Under the pieces are notes generated by a model that worked only from the letters and a program-made list of their open reading frames with translations, searched no databases and had not been told where the DNA came from. A stretch of DNA of 64,000 nucleotides from Candidatus Woesebacteria bacterium (GTDB lineage Bacteria > Patescibacteriota > Microgenomatia > UBA10105 > UBA927), in the NCBI GenBank assembly GCA_018062625.1, contig JAGORV010000002.1:20823-84822 (forward strand). The letters run 5' to 3'. Both the position numbers and the translations under genes were made by a program. Below, one piece after another: positions 1 through 9,091 of the stretch. Numbering within the stretch: the first letter of the stretch is position 1; each line of letters opens with the position of its first letter.

Positions 1-1
1 G

Positions 2-274
2 GATATAATTCGCATCACTATACCGCCGCTTTCTGAAGAACGAAGACAAGAATATATCAAGCTTGCAAAAACAAAATTAGAGGCAGGTCGCGTGATGGTG
101 AGACAAGCAAGGCAAATGGGTATGAAAGATTTGCAAAAACTTGTAGCAGATAAAACAATCTCCGAGGATGAAGAGAAACATGGAGAGAGAATGGTACAGG
201 AATTAACAGATGAAATGATTGCAGATATAGATGCTATTGGGTCCCGCAAAGAAGCTGAATTGCTCCAAGTGTAA
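2..274 (+). CDS. frr: ribosome recycling factor, C-terminal part (5' end cut by window edge)
   Basis: Frame 2 reads ...DIIRITIPPLSEERRQEYIKLAKTKLEAGRVMVRQARQMGMKDLQKLVADKTISEDEEKHGERMVQELTDEMIADIDAIGSRKEAELLQV, a typical RRF C-terminus; stop at 272-274. Confidence 0.85.
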   Translation, partial: DIIRITIPPLSEERRQEYIKLAKTKLEAGRVMVRQARQMGMKDLQKLVADKTISEDEEKHGERMVQELTDEMIADIDAIGSRKEAELLQV

Positions 275-285
275 GTATTTATCAT

Positions 286-1383
286 ATGTTTGTTACTGCC
301 GTTACATTTCTGGTTATCCTCACAGTACTCGTGCTCATTCATGAAGCAGGACATTTTTTTGTCGCGAAGCTTATTGGTGTAAATGTAGAAGAATTTGGCA
401 TGGGATTACCCCCTCGAATATTTGCAAAGAAAATAGGTTCCACAGAATACTCTCTCAATTGGCTTCCCATCGGCGGTTTTGTGAAGCTTTCTGGTGAGGA
501 TGCGGAAGATGGTACAAGTGCTAAATTGAAAAATGTAAAACAATATTTTTTTGCACGAAGCAAAAAAGAACGCGCAGCTATTTTATGTGCTGGTGTATTT
601 ATGAATTTTATCCTCGCTGTGGGTATTACTATGTTCTTGCTGACCAGTGGTATACAGGAACCTTCCGGTAGGGTGCATTTGGAGAAAGTTGTATCTGGAT
701 CTCCTGCAGCGGAGGCGAAGCTTGCAGTAAACGATATCGTCATAAAAGTATGGACAGTGGATGCTCTTGGAAAACCGAGTGATCCTCGCCCCGTTAGCGT
801 CAGTGCAGATCTTATAAATTTTGCAAAGCTCCATGCAGGCGAGCAAGTATATATGGCTGTAGAGAGAAATGGTGAGCTACTTCCAACAATCAGTATGACA
901 CCACGAAAAAATCCTCCAGCCGGGCAAGGCGCTATTGGAGTGGCTATATCTGATTTAGAGGTGCATAAATACTCATGGAGAGAAGCACCGTATAAGGCGT
1001 TGGTGATAAATCTTACTCGAGCTAGAGATATGCTGACATCTCTTGGTAGCACGCTTTGGCGATTAGTGACATTGCGAGCTCCTGAAGCTGATGTGGCAGG
1101 ACCTATTGGGATAGCTCAAGTGACTGGACAAGCGGTGAAGTTTGGATGGCGAGCAGTGCTTGAATTTGCAAGTATTCTATCTCTCAATCTTGCAGTGCTC
1201 AATGTTTTACCGATTCCAGCTTTGGATGGGGGAAGACTTGCCTTTGTTATTTTAGAAAAAATATTAGGACGGAGAGTACGTCCTGCATTTGAAAAATCTA
1301 CGCATCAGATAGGCATGCTTGTGTTGCTTGCCCTTATATTCATTGTTTCTATAAATGATATTCTTAGGCTCGTTCGCGGCTAA
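286..1383 (+). CDS. rseP: RseP-like site-2 zinc metalloprotease (peptidase M50) with one PDZ domain
   Basis: HEAGHF (HExxH) in an N-terminal TM helix, central PDZ-like region, C-terminal NVLPIPALDGG motif; 365 aa. Confidence 0.85.
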   Translation: MFVTAVTFLVILTVLVLIHEAGHFFVAKLIGVNVEEFGMGLPPRIFAKKIGSTEYSLNWLPIGGFVKLSGEDAEDGTSAKLKNVKQYFFARSKKERAAILCAGVFMNFILAVGITMFLLTSGIQEPSGRVHLEKVVSGSPAAEAKLAVNDIVIKVWTVDALGKPSDPRPVSVSADLINFAKLHAGEQVYMAVERNGELLPTISMTPRKNPPAGQGAIGVAISDLEVHKYSWREAPYKALVINLTRARDMLTSLGSTLWRLVTLRAPEADVAGPIGIAQVTGQAVKFGWRAVLEFASILSLNLAVLNVLPIPALDGGRLAFVILEKILGRRVRPAFEKSTHQIGMLVLLALIFIVSINDILRLVRG

Positions 1384-1385
1384 AT

Positions 1386-1414
1386 TTGACAGGGCAACAA
1401 CAGAGATTTATACT
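1386..1414 (+). promoter_or_regulatory. sigma70-type promoter (TTGACA-17 nt-TATACT) driving the proS leader
   Basis: Consensus -35 TTGACA at 1386-1391, 17-nt spacer, -10 TATACT at 1409-1414, directly after the rseP stop. Confidence 0.55.
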
Positions 1415-1419
1415 ACCAA

Positions 1420-1605
1420 ATAGTTTAGTAAACGCGTGTATGTACCAAAAGTTCATACATAGTTCCGCTCCGAACGGAACAAGCGGTACGCCTAATAAGC
1501 GTGACGGTTTAAAATCCGTAAAATTTATTTGAGAAGTAATTAAGGTGGTACCACCCTGAGCTACATCGGGGTCCTTATACAAATAAGAACGGTACCTTTT
1601 TTTGT
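1420..1605 (+). promoter_or_regulatory. T-box riboswitch-like leader of proS (putative tRNA-Pro sensing attenuator)
   Basis: 255-nt untranslated gap before proS. AATTAAGGTGGTACCACCC at 1538-1556 matches the T-box consensus AAUUAGGGUGGNACCGCG in 11 of 14 core positions, including the UGGU bulge that would pair with an NCCA end with discriminator A. AGAGA and AGTA elements and small hairpins with CCN-A loops (CTCCGAA, ACCAAAAG) lie upstream. A terminator follows. Confidence 0.55.
1547..1603 (+). terminator. intrinsic terminator of the T-box leader (GGTACC...GGTACC stem followed by T7)
   Basis: GGTACC at 1547-1552 (inside the T-box core) pairs with GGTACC at 1591-1596, then TTTTTTT at 1597-1603. 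The overlap of terminator 5' arm with the T-box sequence is the expected arrangement. Confidence 0.5.
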
Positions 1606-1638
1606 GGAAAAAAGTGTACACTTATGAAAGGAGTGTAT

Positions 1639-3333
1639 ATGAAATATAGTCAACTGATCGGAAAAACATCGAGGCAAAAATTACCAGGTAGTGAGGTTAT
1701 CAGTCATCAACTTCTTTTGCGTGCAGGATACATCACTCCAGTTGCTGCGGGTATCTACACCTTTCTTCCATTGGGATTTAGAGTGCTGGAAAAAATAGAC
1801 CGTATTATCAAAGAAGAATTTACGAAACGAAGTATCCAACATATTCTTATGCCGTTTGTGCACCCTGCATCCTTGTGGGAAGAAACTGGAAGATTTACTA
1901 AATGGCGAAAAGTATTAGCTGTGTTTGAAGCAAAGCACGGTGGTCAATATCTCCTTGCTCCTACACATGAAGAAACGGTGACTGATATCGCTCGTAAATT
2001 TATAAGCAGTCATAAAGATATGCCAGTGATCGTAAATCAAAATCAGTGGAAATATCGAGATGAGGTGCGGGTAAATGGTGGGCTTTTGCGGACTCGTGAA
2101 TTTCTCATGCAAGACGCATACTCTTTTGATAAAGATGAAGAAGGGTTGGCAAAAAGCTTTGCTACAGTCAGCGAAGCATATCACGCTATATTTAAACGTA
2201 TCGGATTGCCTGTGATTGTGGTGAAGGCAGATAGTGGAGCCATAGGGGGCACTGGGAGTGAAGAATTTATGGTGGAGTCTGCTGCTGGAGAAGATAGAAT
2301 TCTTGTGTGTAGCGAAGGCGATTACAAAGCAAATGTAGAAAAAGCAGAGTCGAAATTTCCAGCATTTGTCCAAAATGAACCCAAAAAATCCATGGAAGAA
2401 GTGGAGGGAAAAGATATCATTGGAGTCGAAGCCTTGGCAAAATTCTTGCAAATTCCAGTTGAGCAAACAACCAAAACATTGCTGTATCAGGCGGATGACA
2501 TGGTTGTAGCTGTCTGCGTACGAGGAGAATATTCGGTAAGCGAAGTGAAGCTAGGAAATTTGTTGGGATGCATGAATTTACATCTGGCAAAAGCAGATGT
2601 AGTGCGACGCGTTACGGGTGCAGAAGTCGGGTATGCCGGACCCGTGGGATTGCCAGAAGATGTTGAGGTGCTATGGGATCTCTCTTGCGAAGGCCGAGTG
2701 AACTTTGAATGTGGAGGAAACAAAACACATTTCCACAACATAAATGTAAATTTTGGCGATGACGTGGCACTTCCTTCTAAGTTTGTGGATATACGTGAAG
2801 TGAAAGAAGGTGAAGTATGCGTGAAGTGTGGCAAGGGTACAATCAAAGAAGCTCGAACTATCGAGCTGGGACATGTGTTTAAGCTCGGTACCGTCTATTC
2901 GGACAAGATGAAAGCGCAGTTTACGGATAGCGACGGAATGCAAAAACCTATCATCATGGGGTGTTATGGAATAGGTATGACGAGGGCGCTGGCTGCATCA
3001 GTTGAAATGAGTCATGATGACAAAGGTATCATCTGGTCACCTGAAATTGCACCGTATCACGTGCACCTTATCTCGCTCCCAGGCGGAGAAGAAAAAGCAC
3101 AAGCGCTGTACACCAAACTTTGGGCTATGGGCATCGAAGTACTTTGGGATGATCGAGATACAGGAGCAGGGGTCAAATTTGCTGACGCAGATCTTATAGG
3201 ACTTCCAATCCGGTTAGTTGTTTCCCAAAAAACTGGGGATCTCATTGAGATGAAAAAACGAAGTCAAACCGATGCTTCATTGGTCAGTGAACAAGATTGT
3301 ATCAAGCTACTCACTCCGAAAGGCACGGACTAA
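1639..3333 (+). CDS. proS: prolyl-tRNA synthetase (bacterial type, class II)
   Basis: ProRS signatures (RTREFLMQDAYSF, GCYGIGMTRA) and a C-terminal anticodon-binding region. RBS AAAGGAG 7 nt before the ATG at 1639; the ORF-track start at 1624 lacks an RBS. Confidence 0.92.
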   Translation: MKYSQLIGKTSRQKLPGSEVISHQLLLRAGYITPVAAGIYTFLPLGFRVLEKIDRIIKEEFTKRSIQHILMPFVHPASLWEETGRFTKWRKVLAVFEAKHGGQYLLAPTHEETVTDIARKFISSHKDMPVIVNQNQWKYRDEVRVNGGLLRTREFLMQDAYSFDKDEEGLAKSFATVSEAYHAIFKRIGLPVIVVKADSGAIGGTGSEEFMVESAAGEDRILVCSEGDYKANVEKAESKFPAFVQNEPKKSMEEVEGKDIIGVEALAKFLQIPVEQTTKTLLYQADDMVVAVCVRGEYSVSEVKLGNLLGCMNLHLAKADVVRRVTGAEVGYAGPVGLPEDVEVLWDLSCEGRVNFECGGNKTHFHNINVNFGDDVALPSKFVDIREVKEGEVCVKCGKGTIKEARTIELGHVFKLGTVYSDKMKAQFTDSDGMQKPIIMGCYGIGMTRALAASVEMSHDDKGIIWSPEIAPYHVHLISLPGGEEKAQALYTKLWAMGIEVLWDDRDTGAGVKFADADLIGLPIRLVVSQKTGDLIEMKKRSQTDASLVSEQDCIKLLTPKGTD

Positions 3334-3336
3334 TCT

Positions 3337-3813
3337 ATGGGTGAGATAGGAGAATTTAGACGCGAGACTATAGGAGAGCGCATAAAGGCGCGATTTGATT
3401 ACATATTTCGTCCAAGTGGTCCTGTGTCAAAAGAAGTAGTGCGTCAAATTACCAAAATTCAGTCTGCTATTCCATATGGAGAAGCATGGAAGGCTTTTGA
3501 TAAAGCCAAACAAGATGTGCCTACTCAGATGGCGGATGTAGACAAACATTTCAAAACAGAAGGAAAATGGCATGCTGCAAACAAGCTCACACAGTTATGG
3601 TTTTATGCGCCGATCATCGTCATGTTGAGCGGGAGGAGTCCTGCAGCAAAAGAACGAAGTAAGATTCGAAAAACTGCAGTGGAGTGGCGAAAATATCTTT
3701 CACAAAACTCAGAAGGAAAACAGTTACTAGCGGCCTCGAAGGGCAAAGAAGCAGAGCGTATCGCCGATATCATAACTCATATTAAAGCAGGACAGCCACC
3801 AATCGTGAAGTAA
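3337..3813 (+). CDS. hypothetical protein (158 aa)
   Basis: Intact ORF abutting proS; no recognisable motif. Confidence 0.55.
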   Translation: MGEIGEFRRETIGERIKARFDYIFRPSGPVSKEVVRQITKIQSAIPYGEAWKAFDKAKQDVPTQMADVDKHFKTEGKWHAANKLTQLWFYAPIIVMLSGRSPAAKERSKIRKTAVEWRKYLSQNSEGKQLLAASKGKEAERIADIITHIKAGQPPIVK

Positions 3814-3827
3814 GGTATAATATATTC

Positions 3828-4664
3828 ATGAAAACCATCGTTGCACATATAGGACCTGATCAAGATGCTATAGCTAGTATTTGGATAGTCAAAACATTTT
3901 GGCCCGATTGGGAAGAAGCATCATGCGCGTTTGTGCCAGCAGGTACGACGCTCAATGGTATGGAGCCAGATAGCGATCCCGAGATTTTGCATGTAGATAC
4001 GGGTTTTGGCAAATTTGATCATCATCAGACAGATGCCGATACATGTGCAGCACGGTTGGTTTATGAAGAGGCGGTCAGGCTTACTGGCCCCATTCCAGCA
4101 TTAGAGAGAATGGTGGCCCAAATAAACGATATCGATCACTTCCGTGAAGTTTTTTATCCTAGAGCAGAAGAAGATTTGTGGGATTTTTCATTGCACACAC
4201 AGATAGATGGGTGGAGGTTGTTGTATTCAGATAATCCTATGAAAATCGTCGAACTTGGATTTCAATCTCTCGACGCGATTTACAAGGTGATGCAAAACAA
4301 AGTTTGGGCAGAATCTGAAATCGAAAAAAACAGTACAGAATTTATGACCAAATGGGGTAAGGGTATTGCTCTCGAAACAGTAAACGATGAGGTGGTACAT
4401 GTGGCGCAGCGTCGTGGATACACTATCGCGGTGAGAAAAGATCCCAAAAAAGGGTATTTACGCATAAAGTCATTACCCAAAGATGATATAGATCTCACAC
4501 CAGTATATGAACAGTTGAAAAAAGATGAACCAGATGCCACATGGTTTCTCCATGCGAGTCGTCATATGGTGCTAAATGGATCAGCCAAAAATCCCAAAAT
4601 GAAACCATCAACAAAGCCGCTCTCTGAGATAGTCAAAACTATTGTAGAGATATGTGGTAAGTGA
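3828..4664 (+). CDS. DHH-family phosphoesterase-like protein (DHH domain, no DHHA1)
   Basis: DHH motifs I-III: HIGPDQDAIAS (DxD), LHVDTG, FDHHQ. The C-terminal 150 aa lack the GGGH DHHA1 motif. Confidence 0.6.
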   Translation: MKTIVAHIGPDQDAIASIWIVKTFWPDWEEASCAFVPAGTTLNGMEPDSDPEILHVDTGFGKFDHHQTDADTCAARLVYEEAVRLTGPIPALERMVAQINDIDHFREVFYPRAEEDLWDFSLHTQIDGWRLLYSDNPMKIVELGFQSLDAIYKVMQNKVWAESEIEKNSTEFMTKWGKGIALETVNDEVVHVAQRRGYTIAVRKDPKKGYLRIKSLPKDDIDLTPVYEQLKKDEPDATWFLHASRHMVLNGSAKNPKMKPSTKPLSEIVKTIVEICGK

Positions 4665-4676
4665 GATAGTCACATT

Positions 4677-5708
4677 ATGGTAAATCTTGAAGTAAATCCT
4701 AATTTTGTTCATCAAAAAGTGCGTTCGGGCGAAATTCCACAATTTTTACCTCGCGTTGAATATAAAGGCACACCACAAGAATATAAGCTCCCATATGAGG
4801 TAAAGGTAGACACGGAGAAATTAGCGCTTTTCATGAAAGGTATTGGTGTGCCTGAGGATAAGATTCGTAAAGTAAAAATTACGATAAATTATAAACCTGA
4901 TTTTGCTTTAGGTCATGTAAATTTACTTACGGGAAATGCCGTAATGGGCGTAGGTATGATTCAGCGAAAGGCTCTTAATCAGTTTAATGACATTACAAAG
5001 GAATTGGACAATAAGGTAACGTTTGGAGATAAGATTAAAAAATTAAATCATCGATTAAATCGATTTTTAGCCAAAGAGATGTTTCATGAATTAAAAGAGA
5101 AAGGATTGAGTGACTCTATTCATTCGGTAGATAAAAAAAACGTATCCGATTTGCGCACTATTGCAAATGGTGAAGGAGTTAGTCCAGAAACTGCTAAACA
5201 GGCAACAGAGCAATACCTGAAGAATATAATTGATGAGAACATGCGTTTGGTTTTTCCACATGAACTTATCCATGTGAAACAGCAAAAGCAAGGTGAAATG
5301 CTTCGGAAAGCGATTATGGTTCTTCCGATAAACATTGTCGCAAATAAGGCATTATCCGAAGTCGTTGATTATATGAGAATGCAATCAAATAATTTAGCTG
5401 AACGATATGGGAATAAAGCTGGTATTGCCTCGAGGTTGGGTATAGCGACAGGTAAAACGTATGCAAACATGAAAATTATCTACTTTACACGAAAATGGAT
5501 GGGGATGGAAACAGAGGCATATAAGAATATGAAGCATTATAACGAGCTTTTCTCTGAAATTGTTAAAGTTGAATCATCTGGAGTATCGATGGATGACGCG
5601 CTCACTGAATCTATGAAGACAAAAAACATGAAACGGATTAAGCAGGTTGGTGTTTCTAAAAATGTTCAGATGATCGGATCTTTTGATGCGTCATCTAAAT
5701 CAGCATAA
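4677..5708 (+). CDS. hypothetical protein with HExxHxxQQ metallopeptidase-like motif
   Basis: FPHELIHVKQQ resembles the HEL.HV.QQ signature of DUF4157-type zinc peptidase domains. Otherwise no similarity recognised. Confidence 0.55.
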   Translation: MVNLEVNPNFVHQKVRSGEIPQFLPRVEYKGTPQEYKLPYEVKVDTEKLALFMKGIGVPEDKIRKVKITINYKPDFALGHVNLLTGNAVMGVGMIQRKALNQFNDITKELDNKVTFGDKIKKLNHRLNRFLAKEMFHELKEKGLSDSIHSVDKKNVSDLRTIANGEGVSPETAKQATEQYLKNIIDENMRLVFPHELIHVKQQKQGEMLRKAIMVLPINIVANKALSEVVDYMRMQSNNLAERYGNKAGIASRLGIATGKTYANMKIIYFTRKWMGMETEAYKNMKHYNELFSEIVKVESSGVSMDDALTESMKTKNMKRIKQVGVSKNVQMIGSFDASSKSA

Positions 5709-5712
5709 TTTT

Positions 5713-6126
5713 ATGAATGATTGTATTTTTTGTAAAATTCTAAATAAAGAAGTGCCATCATATCCAGTATTTGAAAACGATCATGTACTGGCATTTTTAG
5801 ACATTTTTGGAGCTACCAATGGGCATGTGCTCGTTATCCACAAGCGTCACGAGGAGAAAATCACCCGATACACAGAAACTGAGCTTGGAGCTATATTTGG
5901 AGCCGTGGCGGAAGTTTCAGGGGCTCTAGAACGGGCATTTGAGACCACAATCTTGTCTATTGGGATAAACCATGGAGAACCAGAAGGAGTGCCCCATATG
6001 CATGTGCACATTATGCCTCGCTTTCGGGGGGATGGAGGTGGTATAATACAGTCACTTCCAGGGAAGAAATTAGAGAATAAGGATTTTGGGGAAGTTGCAA
6101 AAAAGATCATTGGGAATTTGAAATGA
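5713..6126 (+). CDS. HIT-family nucleotide hydrolase (HinT-like)
   Basis: Histidine triad HMHVHIMPR plus HVLVIHKRH. Start taken at MNDCIFCKI, downstream of the ORF-track start. Confidence 0.85.
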   Translation: MNDCIFCKILNKEVPSYPVFENDHVLAFLDIFGATNGHVLVIHKRHEEKITRYTETELGAIFGAVAEVSGALERAFETTILSIGINHGEPEGVPHMHVHIMPRFRGDGGGIIQSLPGKKLENKDFGEVAKKIIGNLK

Positions 6127-6222
6127 TTGCCCACCTTCGCATAAAGCTTCGGTGGGTCTAAGACTCACTAGACCGGATTACCGGACAAGTGACTCTAAGA
6201 GAAATGAGGTGTTTTATTTATT

Positions 6223-6420
6223 ATGGTATTTGTAAAAGCACAACCAGGTGATTCATCAGATAGTATTATTCGTAAATTTCAGCGTAAAGTTCTGAATGAA
6301 GGAATTCTTCAGGATCTTAAAAAGCGAGAATTTTATGTTAAGCCAGCAGAACAGCGTAAAGAGCAAAAGAAAGAGCTTAAACGCAAAATCAGACGGGCTA
6401 ACAAAATGCATCATGCGTAA
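6223..6420 (+). CDS. rpsU: 30S ribosomal protein S21
   Basis: 65 aa, MVFVKAQPGDSSDSIIRKFQRKV...REFYVKPAEQRK basic tail, typical S21. Confidence 0.9.
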   Translation: MVFVKAQPGDSSDSIIRKFQRKVLNEGILQDLKKREFYVKPAEQRKEQKKELKRKIRRANKMHHA

Positions 6421-6434
6421 TGCGTGAGCAAAAT

Positions 6435-6881
6435 ACTATGCTGCTTCAGACCTTGCAACAACAAGTTATTGATTCCATGAAAGCACGGGATGCGATTCGT
6501 GTGGATACGCTACGCTTTTTGATATCTGCGGTAAAGACCGTCGCCATAAATAAATATGGAGTAGACAGTGACACGAAATTGACGGATGCAGATGTTTTGG
6601 ACGTGATCAAAAAGCAGGTGAAGACTCACAAAGAATCTGTTGATGCATTTACCAATGCCGGTCGCTCAGAATTAGCCGAAAAAGAAGCAGCGCAACTTGC
6701 TATATTAGAATCGTATCTTCCAAAAGAAATCACTGACGACGAACTTCGCGCATTGCTTGCTCCCGTAGCAGCAGCAGGGGGAGATTTTGGTCCGCTTATG
6801 GGTAAAGCTATGAGCGCAGCCAAAGGTCAGGCCGATGGAGCACGAGTATCCGCTATGCTGAAACAGTTGCTTACGAAGTAA
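6435..6881 (+). CDS. yqeY: GatB/YqeY domain protein
   Basis: YqeY-like sequence directly after rpsU (conserved rpsU-yqeY pair). Start chosen at MLLQTLQQQV. Confidence 0.8.
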   Translation, partial: TMLLQTLQQQVIDSMKARDAIRVDTLRFLISAVKTVAINKYGVDSDTKLTDADVLDVIKKQVKTHKESVDAFTNAGRSELAEKEAAQLAILESYLPKEITDDELRALLAPVAAAGGDFGPLMGKAMSAAKGQADGARVSAMLKQLLTK

Positions 6882-6893
6882 TCTACACACCTT

Positions 6894-7289
6894 ATGATTA
6901 CCGTTCTCTTCCAAACCGAGTCTCACTTTCCAGTCGACAGAAAAAAAGTAAAAGCTGCAATCGTGGAAGTTCTTACCAGTCGTTTAACCTCTTCAGCTGA
7001 GGTGAGCATTATCGTCGTCGGTGACCGACGTATGCATGAATTGAACTTGAATTATCGCAAGAAAGATCATACAACGGATGTGCTTTCTTTTCCCCAGTCG
7101 GATCCGTCGCAACAAATGGCACCATTTGTGGATATGCCCGATGGCATCATGAGACTTGGTGACATTGTCGTCTCATTTCCTGAAGCAGTACGTGAAGCAA
7201 CAGAAGAAAATAAATTGGTAGATGACAAGATAGTTGAATTGGTATTACATGGACTCGATCATTTGATGGGAATGCATCATCCTGAATAA
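6894..7289 (+). CDS. ybeY: rRNA maturation endoribonuclease YbeY
   Basis: HGLDHLMGMHH zinc-binding motif (H-x3-H-x5-H), 131 aa. Confidence 0.85.
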   Translation: MITVLFQTESHFPVDRKKVKAAIVEVLTSRLTSSAEVSIIVVGDRRMHELNLNYRKKDHTTDVLSFPQSDPSQQMAPFVDMPDGIMRLGDIVVSFPEAVREATEENKLVDDKIVELVLHGLDHLMGMHHPE

Positions 7290-7353
7290 TCATCCCATTT
7301 ACCCTGACACCAAGACGTGATTAAATAACATTCGCATAATCCGTAATAACACT

Positions 7354-8796
7354 ATGGCATTTTACCGTACTTACAGACCGCAAGTGATTGATGATATGGA
7401 TAACGCGCAGGTGCGCGCATTGCTTTCATCACTGCTTACCAAGGATCGAGCACAGTTGCCTCATGCGTATTTATTTACTGGCCCCAAAGGTACAGGAAAA
7501 ACTACAGCAGCACGATTAATAGCGAAATTATTTAATTGTGAAAAGTTAGCAAAAAATGGACCTTGTGGAGAATGCGAGTCATGCAAAACCATTGCCACTG
7601 GTGCAAATATAGACGTGCTAGAAATCGATGCAGCCAGCAACCGTGGCATAGACGAGATTCGAGAACTTCGATCGCGCATAGGGCTGGCGCCTGTGCATGG
7701 TGCATATAAAATATTTATTATCGATGAGGTGCACATGCTTACCACAGAAGCGTTTAATGCACTACTCAAGACGCTAGAAGAGCCACCAGCGCATGCCGTT
7801 TTTGTGCTGGCGACTACTGATCCCCAAAAAATTCCGGATACTATTATCTCTCGATGTATGCATTTGGTATTTGCACGTGCTACTGCAGACGAACTTATTC
7901 ATGTATTGACGAGAATTGCTAAAACAGAAAAAGTGAAAATAGATGCAGAAGCAGTTGCAGAGATTGCACATGTTGCAGATGGATCATTTCGCGACGCAGC
8001 CAAGCTTCTTGAGCAAATGAGTTTTGTTGAAGGTGCAATTACTGTGAAAACTGTCCGAGAATCTTTGGCACTATCTGATAGTGGGCAACGAGTGATGTTT
8101 CTTTCTCATTTGGCCAAGCTGTCTGTAAAAGATGCCCTACGAGATGTAAGTGAACTAGTAAACAATGGGAAGGACATAAAAGGATTTATTGTAGATGTGC
8201 TGGGAGATCTTGAGAAGATGTTGGTGCGCGTGGCAAGTGGGGACAAACAAGAGTCATGGACTATAGAAACGATTCAAAAAGCTATAGTGCTTTTCACTCG
8301 AAGCTTTTCAGAGCTTAAATTTACCCCGATTGAGCAATTGCCAATCGAGTTGGCAGTTGTCGATTTTTGTGCAACTCCACAAGTTTCCTCTAGAGATGCT
8401 CGCACACCTTCGCCTACGCCTCCAGAGGTGACACAGACTGTGAAATCGAGTGCTTATAAAGATCCAGTAGTTGTGCGCATACCGCAGGTAGCACCCGTGG
8501 CCGAGCAGATTCCAGACCCAGCTCCAGTATCGAGCGGAATGCTGACGTTTGAAAAGTTGGTGGATCATTGGCCAGATGTGATTGCAGCTACGAAGCCATT
8601 TAATCATTCCATAGCAGGGGTGCTGCGCTCATCTAGACCAAAGGCAGTGGGGAATGGTATAGTTACAATCGAAGCCTTTTACAAGTTTCATCAAGAAAAA
8701 CTGTCGGAGATGAATGCGAGACAAATGTTGTCTGATTTACTCAAAAAATTATTTGGTGAAAAGGTAAAGGTAGAAATAGTGTTAGGTTCTAAATAA
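7354..8796 (+). CDS. dnaX: DNA polymerase III subunit gamma/tau
   Basis: Walker A GPKGTGKTT, zinc module CGECESCK, sensor motifs; 480 aa. Confidence 0.9.
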   Translation: MAFYRTYRPQVIDDMDNAQVRALLSSLLTKDRAQLPHAYLFTGPKGTGKTTAARLIAKLFNCEKLAKNGPCGECESCKTIATGANIDVLEIDAASNRGIDEIRELRSRIGLAPVHGAYKIFIIDEVHMLTTEAFNALLKTLEEPPAHAVFVLATTDPQKIPDTIISRCMHLVFARATADELIHVLTRIAKTEKVKIDAEAVAEIAHVADGSFRDAAKLLEQMSFVEGAITVKTVRESLALSDSGQRVMFLSHLAKLSVKDALRDVSELVNNGKDIKGFIVDVLGDLEKMLVRVASGDKQESWTIETIQKAIVLFTRSFSELKFTPIEQLPIELAVVDFCATPQVSSRDARTPSPTPPEVTQTVKSSAYKDPVVVRIPQVAPVAEQIPDPAPVSSGMLTFEKLVDHWPDVIAATKPFNHSIAGVLRSSRPKAVGNGIVTIEAFYKFHQEKLSEMNARQMLSDLLKKLFGEKVKVEIVLGSK

Positions 8797-8809
8797 AGGA
8801 GGACGTTAT

Positions 8810-9076
8810 ATGATAAATCCATTTAAAGCACTTGGAGACATGAATGCGATGCGTAAACAAGCTATGCAAATCCAAGCAGCGCTTGAGCAGGAAGAATTCG
8901 AAGTGAGTCAAGGAAATGTACGCATCGTAATATCTGGAAACCAAAGTGTAAAAGTATTAGAGATTGATGGCGTGCCTAATGACATGGCCAGAAATGCGAT
9001 AAACGAAGCCATTAAAAAATCTCAGCAAGCGGCAGCTATGAAGCTCGCAGAGATCTCCAAAAACTTTCAGCAATAA
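8810..9076 (+). CDS. ybaB: nucleoid-associated protein YbaB/EbfC
   Basis: 88 aa YbaB family following dnaX; RBS AAGGAGG upstream. Confidence 0.88.
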   Translation: MINPFKALGDMNAMRKQAMQIQAALEQEEFEVSQGNVRIVISGNQSVKVLEIDGVPNDMARNAINEAIKKSQQAAAMKLAEISKNFQQ

Positions 9077-9091
9077 TCTATCTGATTTGTT

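Noticed and set aside
339-1052. Long antisense ORFs inside conserved genes (339-1052 minus, 11089-11751 minus, 38507-39160 minus, 37181-37654 minus, 28460-28801 minus, and similar)
   Set aside because: They lie opposite strongly conserved coding frames (rseP, ahcY, RND transporter, MFP, DUF2079). They have no RBS and show biased, low-complexity translations typical of shadow ORFs.
6420-6434. ORF-track start of yqeY at 6420, overlapping the rpsU stop
   Set aside because: The downstream Met (6435) gives the conserved YqeY N-terminus without overlap. The difference is only 5 codons.
7290-7353. SRP RNA (ffs/scr) upstream of dnaX, its usual position in monoderm genomes
   Set aside because: The gap is only 64 nt with no GGAAG-containing domain IV hairpin, too short even for a 4.5S-type SRP RNA.
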